Source: Dehalococcoidia bacterium (GTDB lineage: Bacteria > Chloroflexota > Dehalococcoidia > Bin125). Taken from it: a stretch of DNA of 27,844 nt. A model generated the notes under the pieces. The model was not told where the DNA came from and ran no database searches. It saw nothing but the letters and a program-made list of their open reading frames with translations. The stretch spans positions 1-27,844 of the forward strand of contig CAUVXV020000006.1 in assembly GCA_963555985.3 (NCBI GenBank), given 5' to 3'. This document shows, piece by piece, positions 18,703 through 25,806 of the stretch (its first letter is position 1; every line of letters begins with the position of its first letter). The position numbers and the translations under genes are program-made.

Positions 18703-19859
18703 CAGTCGCCCCAACCCACCGCGTCGATTACCTCGTCTGCCGAGACCGAGCGCGTGTCTCCGCCGTCCGCGAGCGACCACGGAGTCGCCGAGAAGTGATA
18801 GGGCGCGCCCGGTCCCGTTACAGCCGCGCCGTCGGCTTGGTAGTCCGTCCACCAATCGCGCGCCTCCAGTTGCGGATTGGCGGCGACTTCCGGCGTCGTC
18901 ATCACCCAGCCGTAGGGGTGATGCCGCCCCTGCGCCTCGTGGAAGAACGGCTCCACCTCCTTCGTTCCGACCCATTCGCGCAGCGTGTTCATGGTCAGTT
19001 CGACCATCTCAGCCAGATTGGCCGGGTCGAGGAAGCGTTCATCCAGCAGCTCCAGTCCGGTGTCCTCCTCAATCAGCCAGACGACTTGCTTCTGAAAGTC
19101 GGGCGTCGGCGTGATCATGATCGAGCCGCCGAGCGCCTGCATCACCACATAGGCGCCCGACCAGTGCAGCGATCCCTGGCGCGGCAAGACCGGACCGTCG
19201 GCAAAGGGCAGTAACTCGTGATACCAAGCCCACATCAACACGTGCTCGAGGATGCTCGACAACGCCTCATGCACCGATAGCCGAACGACCTGACCTGCTC
19301 CGGCCACTCTCGCATGTCGCAGCGCCGACAGCGCCCCCACGGCTGCGTAGGTTCCGGCGACGAAGGCGTACTGGTCTCCGTAGAGCTTGAGCGGCGGCGT
19401 GTCCGCGTCGCCGCTCGTTGCCGCGACGCCACCGAGCGCCTCGGCCACTAACCCGGGCGCGAGATAGTCGGCCCACGGCCCGTCCGGGCCGAACGAACTG
19501 ACATCCACCACTACAAGTGGCGGATTCGCCGCGATTAGCTGCTCGCCGCTCAATCCCGCGGCGGCGAGCCGCCCGCAATCGAGCACGATGTCGGCTTCGG
19601 AGGCGAGTGCGCGAATTGCGGCGGGCTCGTCTGCGACTGCGACGAAACGGCGAGAGCTGGCGAAGAAGGCGTGCCAGAGCGATGCGCCGCTCTCAGCGTG
19701 GAAGGGCGCGCGCTCGCGCAGCGGATCGCCGCCGGGCGGTTCCAGGCGCACCACCTCCGCGCCTAGATCGCCCAGCAACTTACCCGCGTAGATGGCGCGG
19801 TCGTCGGTGAGATCGAGCACCCGCACCTGCGCCAGCGCGCCCGTATTCGCGATTGCCAT
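18702..19859 (-). CDS. CoA-transferase family III (CaiB/BaiF), probable non-catalytic partner subunit
   Basis: VRVLDLT, GKLLGDLGAEVVRLEPPGGDPLR, SSFGPDGP; Ala at the position aligned with the catalytic Asp. Start ATG 19859. Confidence 0.88.
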   Translation of the reverse strand: MAIANTGALAQVRVLDLTDDRAIYAGKLLGDLGAEVVRLEPPGGDPLRERAPFHAESGASLWHAFFASSRRFVAVADEPAAIRALASEADIVLDCGRLAAAGLSGEQLIAANPPLVVVDVSSFGPDGPWADYLAPGLVAEALGGVAATSGDADTPPLKLYGDQYAFVAGTYAAVGALSALRHARVAGAGQVVRLSVHEALSSILEHVLMWAWYHELLPFADGPVLPRQGSLHWSGAYVVMQALGGSIMITPTPDFQKQVVWLIEEDTGLELLDERFLDPANLAEMVELTMNTLREWVGTKEVEPFFHEAQGRHHPYGWVMTTPEVAANPQLEARDWWTDYQADGAAVTGPGAPYHFSATPWSLADGGDTRSVSADEVIDAVGWGD

Positions 19860-19866
19860 GCGCGAG

Positions 19867-19872
19867 AGTCTA
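19867..19872 (-). promoter_or_regulatory. Putative -10 (TAGACT) for a leaderless CoA-transferase operon
   Basis: TAnnnT 7 nt upstream of ATG 19859; no SD. Confidence 0.5.
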
Positions 19873-19938
19873 ACGTCAGCCGCTCCGGTCGCTGATACTC
19901 TCAGAGCACGCCGAGCAGCCGCAACGATGGAGCCCGAG

Positions 19939-21123
19939 ATGGACTTCCGCTTCTCCGACGCCGACCTCGCCTTTCGTGAGGAAGTGATCGATTTCCTCGC
20001 CGACGAACTGCCACCCGGTTGGGCTGACCTCTCCGAGGGGCCGGCTGAGGACGGCGCGGCGAATGAGGCGCGCTGGCAGTTCACGCGACAGTTCCATCAC
20101 CGGCTTGCCGACCGCGGCTGGCTCACGCTCGGCTGGCCGGTCGAGCATGGCGGCGCAGGCGCAGGTCCCGTTCGTCAAGCGATGTTCAATGAAACGATGG
20201 CGCACCACCGTGCGCCCACCTACAACCAGGGCGTCGACCGCGTCGGGCCGACCCTGATCATGTACGGCTCCGATCAGCAGAAGGAGTACTTCCTCCCGCG
20301 CATCCGCAGCGCCGACATCCAGTGGTGCCAGGGCTTCTCCGAGCCGGGCAGCGGCTCCGACCTCGCCTCGCTCCAGACCCGCGCTCAGCGCGACGGCGAC
20401 GACTACATCATCAACGGTCAGAAGATCTGGACCTCCGGCGCGCAGCACGCCGACTGGATCTTCATGCTCGCCCGCACGGAGCCGGACGCGCCCAAACATC
20501 GCGGGATCTCGTTTTTCCTAATCGACATGAAGACGCCCGGGATCACCGTGCGACCGCTAGTCAACATGGCCAACCGGCACCACTTCAACGAGGTCTTCTT
20601 CGAGGACGTGCGCGTGCCCAGCGCGAACATGGTCGGCGAGGTCAATCGCGGCTGGTATGTGGCGACGACGACGCTCGACTTCGAGCGCTCCGGGATTAGC
20701 CGCGTGGTGTCGGGGGTGCGGCTGCTGAACGAGTTGACCGAGTTGGCCTCAATCCCCGGCCCCGACGGCCGCCGTCCCGACGAGGATGTGCGCGTGCGCA
20801 ACAAGCTCGCCGACTTGCAGATCGAGTTCACGGTCGGTCGTTGGCTCGCCTACCGGGTCGCCTGGATGCAGTCGCAGGGGCTGGTCCCGAACCACGAGGC
20901 GTCGATGTCGAAGCTCTACGGCACGATGATCAATCAGCGCTTGGCGGGGATGATCAACATGTTCGGTCTGAGGGGCAACATCTCAGGCGAGCACGAGTAC
21001 GCGCCATTGCACGGGCGGATGCCGGACGAGTATCTGAACGCAGTGCCGCTGACGATTGCGGCAGGTACGAGCGAGATTCAGCGGAACATCATTGCGACGA
21101 GAGGTCTGGGGTTGCCGCGGTAG
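19939..21123 (+). CDS. Acyl-CoA dehydrogenase family protein
   Basis: MDFRFS, WCQGFSEPGSGSDLASL, INGQKIWTS, FNEVFFEDVRVP, TIAAGTSEIQRNII. GGAG SD before ATG 19939. Confidence 0.95.
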   Translation: MDFRFSDADLAFREEVIDFLADELPPGWADLSEGPAEDGAANEARWQFTRQFHHRLADRGWLTLGWPVEHGGAGAGPVRQAMFNETMAHHRAPTYNQGVDRVGPTLIMYGSDQQKEYFLPRIRSADIQWCQGFSEPGSGSDLASLQTRAQRDGDDYIINGQKIWTSGAQHADWIFMLARTEPDAPKHRGISFFLIDMKTPGITVRPLVNMANRHHFNEVFFEDVRVPSANMVGEVNRGWYVATTTLDFERSGISRVVSGVRLLNELTELASIPGPDGRRPDEDVRVRNKLADLQIEFTVGRWLAYRVAWMQSQGLVPNHEASMSKLYGTMINQRLAGMINMFGLRGNISGEHEYAPLHGRMPDEYLNAVPLTIAAGTSEIQRNIIATRGLGLPR

Positions 21124-21231
21124 CTATCCACTCCGGTCGCGGACATCTCATGACCGGTGCCCTTGTCAGGAAGCCGCCGTGTGGCAACACGTGTTCGCGC
21201 AAGATTTTACACGAGGGCCTCTTTATTCCAT

Positions 21232-21261
21232 TTGACAAGAGGAAAAATAATCCCTTATTCT
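21232..21261 (+). promoter_or_regulatory. Sigma70-type promoter upstream of the DGQHR gene
   Basis: TTGACA (21232-21237), 18-bp spacer, TATTCT (21256-21261) in an AT-rich tract. Confidence 0.6.
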
Positions 21262-21319
21262 TCTGACAGCGGTTGATGTTCTACAGAGGGCAAGCAACCG
21301 GGTATCGAAAGGATCCGTC

Positions 21320-22483
21320 GTGGAACTCGTAGTCCAGCGCACGTCAGAAGTCCCAGTTCTCGAGACTGTTGCCCATCGTTTCTGTCAGGGAGGGCGTGCC
21401 GTCTACTATCTGGTCTTGGAAATGGGAGAGTTCGACGACTCACTCCCAGAAGAGGTCAACAGGAAGATCATCCAGGACCAGCGGCGATTCATTCCGTCTC
21501 ACGCGAGCACGATCGCCGACTACTTGCGGGATGTCGAGCAATGGGTACTCGGGCCGGTGACCCTCAGCATCGATCCCAAGTACGTCGAATTTGAGCCATT
21601 CCCCGGCCAAGAGGACGGTCCGCCGAGCGTGCTTGGGAGGTTCCGCATTCGACAAGGTGGTCGCACTGCCCTCAAAATGCTTGATGGGCAGCATCGTCGC
21701 GCAGCGATCCGCCAGGTTCGTACACAGACAGCTCAGACGGCTGAGGGGGCAGAGCTCGTTGAGCGATTCGAGCAGTCTCTGATGCCCGTTGCAATCTATG
21801 AGGAGTCCAAGACTCACGCGATTCGCCAGATGTTCGCAGACATGGCGCAGCAACGACCGCTGGATGCCGTCACTCGTGCCCGATTCGATCGTCGCGATCC
21901 ATTCAATCGCGCCGCAGAAGAGGTAATGGAGCGCAGCGAATGGCTCAGGCAGTTCGTTGAGATGGACCGTCCAAGCGTTGCTCACACGAGCCCAAAACTC
22001 CTCTCCTTCAATCAGCTTGCCGCCAATCTCAAGACCCTGGAGTATGGGTATGGCGGGCGTGTGAGCAAGACGCGTCAGCGAGAAGCCGATCAGAACTTCG
22101 AGAGCATTGTTGACCATGGACTGAACTGGATAGACGACTTCTTGCCCATTGCGCGCGCCGAGTACCTCGTTTTACTCGACTTCGGCGAGGACGAGCACTA
22201 CCTGCCGCAACAGCGTCGAAAGACGTTCGCTTACACGGCAACAATGCTGCGCATTTTAGCTGGCTGCGTCTACGAATGGGATAAGCAAGCGCCGCAAGCC
22301 GATTTGAGTTCGCTCGCGGATTTCATCCGTGGGATCAACTTCGAAACTCACCAGAAGCAGGGCTTGCTCCGCTCGGCTGGTGTGCTTGACCAACCCGGTA
22401 CGTCGATCATCGGTCGGCGCCAAGAAATGCAGAGCACCATCGCTGCAATCGTTCGTGGGGCTGCTAAGCAGCTCGGCAACTAG
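21320..22483 (+). CDS. DGQHR-domain (DndB-like, ParB superfamily) protein
   Basis: QRR...H...IADYL, LGPVTL, MLDGQHRRAAI, IRQMFADM motifs; no dndCDE in the window. Confidence 0.85.
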   Translation: MELVVQRTSEVPVLETVAHRFCQGGRAVYYLVLEMGEFDDSLPEEVNRKIIQDQRRFIPSHASTIADYLRDVEQWVLGPVTLSIDPKYVEFEPFPGQEDGPPSVLGRFRIRQGGRTALKMLDGQHRRAAIRQVRTQTAQTAEGAELVERFEQSLMPVAIYEESKTHAIRQMFADMAQQRPLDAVTRARFDRRDPFNRAAEEVMERSEWLRQFVEMDRPSVAHTSPKLLSFNQLAANLKTLEYGYGGRVSKTRQREADQNFESIVDHGLNWIDDFLPIARAEYLVLLDFGEDEHYLPQQRRKTFAYTATMLRILAGCVYEWDKQAPQADLSSLADFIRGINFETHQKQGLLRSAGVLDQPGTSIIGRRQEMQSTIAAIVRGAAKQLGN

Positions 22484-22540
22484 TCGGCGAGGCATGCCTG
22501 CGTGTCTTCCGGAAATTCTCACGGAAGGAGGTGATGTCCC

Positions 22541-22687
22541 ATGTGGAACATTGGTGAACAGCCAGGCGTCGGACGCTACTGCTGCACAAACTGCGGCTGG
22601 TCCGTCTACCTGGACGACGCCACTGACCGCTTGCCGCCGTGTGGCAACTGCGGCAAGGGTCAGCGAACCACGTACCGGCGCTGCTAG
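22541..22687 (+). CDS. Small zinc-ribbon protein (48 aa)
   Basis: Below the ORF-track cutoff. AAGGAGGTGA SD, then MWNIGEQPGVGRYCCTNCGWSVYLDDATDRLPPCGNCGKGQRTTYRRC* with two CxxC pairs (GExPGxGxYxC..C...LPPC..C). Confidence 0.85.
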   Translation: MWNIGEQPGVGRYCCTNCGWSVYLDDATDRLPPCGNCGKGQRTTYRRC

Positions 22688-22744
22688 CGGGCACCTCCGG
22701 TAGGGCGAGGCTAGGATATCAACGGCCAAGCCCAAGTGGGCCAC

Positions 22745-22785
22745 GGTGCTGCTGGGTAGTCCTTGTAGGATCCCTCAGCAGCACC
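22745..22785. terminator. Long hairpin downstream of the Zn-ribbon gene
   Basis: GGTGCTGCTG (22745-22754) pairs with CAGCAGCACC (22776-22785), with an inner TCCT-TGT-AGGA stem; weak T tail. Confidence 0.45.
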
Positions 22786-22982
22786 TCACTCCTTTGTGGA
22801 CTGCGGACGTACGCATTCCCAAATTGCCCCCAGAATGCGTACACAAGCGACACACAGTGAACTAGCTGGACCTGGCGCGCCCAGTTCTGCTCAGCCCGCT
22901 GGGTCTGCACTTCGGTCGATCTCGGTGTGTGCCCGTCGTATGAGCTCCGCCCGCGATCGGCGGTGGCGAATGCCAGCGAGAC

Positions 22983-23034
22983 AGCGAAGTCCACGCGACA
23001 TCATTGCTACGCGGGGCCTGGGTCCCCCCGCTAG
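22983..23034 (+). pseudogene. Displaced, decayed 3' end of an acyl-CoA dehydrogenase gene
   Basis: AGC GAA GTC CA- CGC GAC ATC ATT GCT ACG CGG GGC CTG GGT C-C CCC CGC TAG = SEV(Q)RDIIATRGLG(L)PR* vs SEIQRNIIATRGLGLPR* at 21070-21123; 38/54 nt identical by hand count; two 1-bp deletions. Confidence 0.85.
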
Positions 23035-23043
23035 AGTGAGTCC

Positions 23044-24424
23044 ATGCCGCCGAACTGGGCCAATCAGACGCTCTGGACGGGTGACAACATCGACATCATG
23101 CGGGGCATGAACTCCGCTTCTGTCGACCTGATCTACCTCGATCCGCCGTTCAACTCCAACCGCGACTACGCTGCGCCGATCGGCTCGGAGGCAGCGGGCG
23201 CTGCCTTCAAGGACACCTGGACGCTGAACGATCTCGATGTCGCCTGGCACGGCGAAGTGGCGGAGCGCGAGCCGGCGCTGGCGGCGGTGATTGAGTCGGC
23301 GGGGCTCTCGCACGGGAGGCCGATGAAGGCCTACCTGATCATGATGTCGGTGCGGCTGTTGGAGCTGAAGCGCATCCTGAAGCCGGACGGCACCATCTAT
23401 CTGCATTGCGACTTGACCGCCGGTCACTACCTGAAGACGGTGATGGACTCGATTTTCGGCCAGGCGCAGTTCCGCAACGACATCATCTGGCGTCGGCAAC
23501 GAGCGAAAGGCCTGGCCACGCGGAACATGGCCAACAACCACGATTTGCTCCTGCGCTATGCGCTCTCCGACGCCGCGACGTACCACGCTCAGTACCAGCC
23601 GCACGACGCCGAATACGCGGAGCGAGCCTATCGACACATCGAGCCAGAAACGGGGCGGCGCTATCGGCTTACGGATCTCACGAACCCCAATCGGAACCGC
23701 CCGAATCTGACCTACGAGTTTTTGGGCGTTCATCGAGTCTGGCGCTGGACGCGCGAGCGGATGGAGCAGGCGCTCGCCCAAGGTCGCGTCGTTCAGACAG
23801 CACCTGGGCGCGTCCCTCGCTACAAGCGCTACCTGGACGAACAGCCCGGACGCGCAGTTGATTCAGTCTGGGATGACATTGGCCCGATCCAGGGACGGGC
23901 CAGAGAGCGCACTGGCTATCCGACGCAGAAGCCTCTTGCCTTGCTGGAGCGGATCGTCTCGCTCTCGTCCCACCCAGGCGATCTCGTCTTCGATCCGTTC
24001 TGCGGTTTGCGCGACTGCGTGCGTGGCGGCGGAGAAGTTGGAGCGTCAGTGGGTCGGGATCGACATTTCACCAAAGGCGGCCGAGCTCGTCCGCACTCGT
24101 ATGCAGCGCGAGCTGGGTCTGTTCTACACCGGAGCGCACCGCACTGATGTCCCCCAGCGGACTGACCTGGGCGATTTGCCGCCGTACAGTTCGCCGTCGA
24201 ACAGGCAGTTGCTCTACGGCGCGCAAGAGGGTCGCTGCAACGGCTGTCTGACCTGGTTCCCGTTCCGCAACATGACGATCGATCATGTCGTGGCGCGTTC
24301 TCGCGGGGGCACTGACCACATTGAGAATCTGCAACTGCTCTGCGGGGCGTGCAATTCGACGAAGGGCACGGGTACGCAAGAGGACCTGATCGCGCGGCTG
24401 CGTGATCAGGGGATTCGCACCTAA
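23044..24424 (+). pseudogene. Beta-class N4/N6 DNA methyltransferase fused to a C-terminal HNH nuclease, with a +1 frameshift
   Basis: LIYLDPPFNS (motif IV), GYPTQKPLALLERI, DPFCG. Removing one T at 24006-24008 gives FCGCATACVAAEKLERQWVGID and continues to CNGC...IDHVVARSRGGTDHIENLQLLCGACNSTKG (459 aa). May be a sequencing error. Confidence 0.88.
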
Positions 24425-24513
24425 TCGCTGCGCGCGTAGGCGTTGCCCAGCGCGCCCTACGAGGCCACCAGCAAGGGGACGCAGTAGGTCAGTGGGATCT
24501 TCGAGGCGAGTTC
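24421..24513 (-). pseudogene. Displaced, decayed 3' end of the nrtS-like gene
   Basis: Reads ELASKIPLTYCVPLLVAS*GALGNAYARSD* vs ELAWKVPLTYCVPFLVASWGALGNAYARN* at 25497-25586; mostly third-position differences plus one TGG>TAG nonsense change. Confidence 0.9.
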
Positions 24514-24685
24514 AGCGTGTTGCGCACTTGCACGGGAGGCGAACGTCGGGAAGGTGCAGCGACGGGACTTCACGTCAGGCGGTGCTGCGAAACTTGCCAT
24601 CTGCGGAAGACGGTTCGCGTTCCGCCGACTCGAGCCAGTCGGGGCGCAATGTCGCCATGACGCGGGCGTCCTATGTGGTCTGCGC

Positions 24686-25084
24686 TTACTCAGGGAGTCT
24701 GGCCTCGTGGAGCCAGTTGTCCTTCAGGGTTGTGAGTTCGTGGTAGGTGGCGCCGCGCTCGTGGAATTCGTCGTCTGCGACCTCGAAGTTGGTTAGGGCG
24801 AGCGGGGGCCGGTCGGGCAGTTCGACAATGACGCTGAGTCGGCCTCCCATCGCCTCGAGGCACTGGTGGAGCAGTCCAAGAATCTTCTCGTTCGATTCCT
24901 GCGGCACCGGTCCATGGTTGTCGCAAGCAGAGGGGCAGCCGGCGATGACGTCGTGCGCATGCACAAGGGCTTTGCGGAATTCGCGCAGTGTTTCGTGCTG
25001 CATATTGAGCGCTTCGACCCGCCGATCGTGCGCTTGACGCTCGGCCGGGGACATCTCACTGAGAAGGTCTTGCAGAGTAACCAC
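24686..25084 (-). CDS. XRE/HigA-type antitoxin with a degenerate helix-turn-helix
   Basis: TLREFRKA and EAMGGRLSVIVELPDRPPL match this antitoxin family; 8 bp downstream of the toxin with a GGAG SD; middle segment atypical. Confidence 0.75.
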   Translation of the reverse strand: MVTLQDLLSEMSPAERQAHDRRVEALNMQHETLREFRKALVHAHDVIAGCPSACDNHGPVPQESNEKILGLLHQCLEAMGGRLSVIVELPDRPPLALTNFEVADDEFHERGATYHELTTLKDNWLHEARLPE

Positions 25085-25092
25085 ACTGGCTC

Positions 25093-25449
25093 CTATTCGG
25101 CCCGGAGTCGCTCTAGATGGTCAGCATAGCGAGCGTCGGCTTGGCTCACCAAACGCCTGTAGAACCGTCGCTGATCTGCGCCTCGTTTATCTCCGGCAAC
25201 CAGCAAGATTGCTCGCCGGCGAGGATCGAAGGCGAAGGCGACGCGCCAGACGCCGCGATCCGTGTCGAGTCGTAGCTCCTTCATGTTCGCGTACTGAGAG
25301 TTGCGAAGCGTGTCCACCTCAGGCCGGCCAAGCTGCGGACCATCCTGCGCCAATCGGTCGAAACGGTCGAGCATGGTACGTCGAACCGTGGCCGGCAGGG
25401 TCGAGAATTCGCGCCGGAACGCGGGGTGGAGTTGGACTGCCCATGCCAT
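25093..25449 (-). CDS. Type II toxin, RelE/HigB (Gp49-like) family
   Basis: MAWAVQLHPAF, GPQLGRPEVDTL, NMKELR, WRVAFAFDPRRRAILLVAGDK, ADARYADHL. Start reassigned to ATG 25449. Confidence 0.92.
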   Translation of the reverse strand: MAWAVQLHPAFRREFSTLPATVRRTMLDRFDRLAQDGPQLGRPEVDTLRNSQYANMKELRLDTDRGVWRVAFAFDPRRRAILLVAGDKRGADQRRFYRRLVSQADARYADHLERLRAE

Positions 25450-25496
25450 GCGGACATCGTGACACTGCATCCGCGACTGGATCAAGAATATTTGAC

Positions 25497-25787
25497 CTAG
25501 TTCCGCGCGTATGCATTCCCCAACGCACCCCAGGACGCCACCAGAAACGGCACGCAATAAGTCAACGGAACCTTCCAGGCCAACTCCCACGTGCCATCGC
25601 CGGCGACGATCACCGTGCCCTGATTGATCGCCACCAGGATCGTCCCCACGACGGCGCTGGTCAGGATCGAGCGGCGGAGCATTCGCCGGTTGCGGAGGGC
25701 GCAGCGCCAGCACTCCAACCGCTCCTTCATCCGAAAGTGGCGGCCTTGCGGCGGATTCGACAGATGTGGACAGGCGACCACGCTCAT
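25497..25787 (-). CDS. nrtS: NrtS-like small membrane protein
   Basis: AVVGTILVAINQG and LTYCVPFLVAS are characteristic of the family. Start 25787 (leaderless) or 25730. Confidence 0.75.
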   Translation of the reverse strand: MSVVACPHLSNPPQGRHFRMKERLECWRCALRNRRMLRRSILTSAVVGTILVAINQGTVIVAGDGTWELAWKVPLTYCVPFLVASWGALGNAYARN

Positions 25788-25806
25788 AGGGGGTACCCTA
25801 CATTTC
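25788..25806. promoter_or_regulatory. Putative bidirectional promoter with overlapping -10 elements
   Basis: TACCCT (+, 25794-25799) 7 nt before GTG 25807; TAGGGT (-, 25800-25795) 7 nt before ATG 25787. Confidence 0.55.

Larger units (their letters stand above)
21124..22982. mobile_element. Inserted cassette 1 (DGQHR gene plus Zn-ribbon gene), bounded by the duplicated acyl-CoA dehydrogenase 3' end
   Basis: Flanked by diverged direct repeats 21070-21123 and 22983-23034; visibly more AT-rich than the host; no integrase or transposase. Confidence 0.7.
24514..25496. mobile_element. Inserted cassette 2 (toxin-antitoxin pair), bounded by the duplicated nrtS-like 3' end
   Basis: Flanked by diverged repeats 24421-24513 and 25497-25586; no recombinase gene. 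Confidence 0.7.

Noticed and set aside
21320-22483. Complete DNA phosphorothioation (dnd) system
   Set aside because: No dndA/C/D/E or ssp genes in the window; only a DGQHR-domain gene.
23858-24424. Separate 188-aa HNH gene
   Set aside because: It is the frameshifted C-terminal part of the methyltransferase, continuing motif I directly.
21124-25496. Integron cassette array, CRISPR array or IS element
   Set aside because: No integrase or transposase, no repeated attC-like sites, no regularly spaced repeats.
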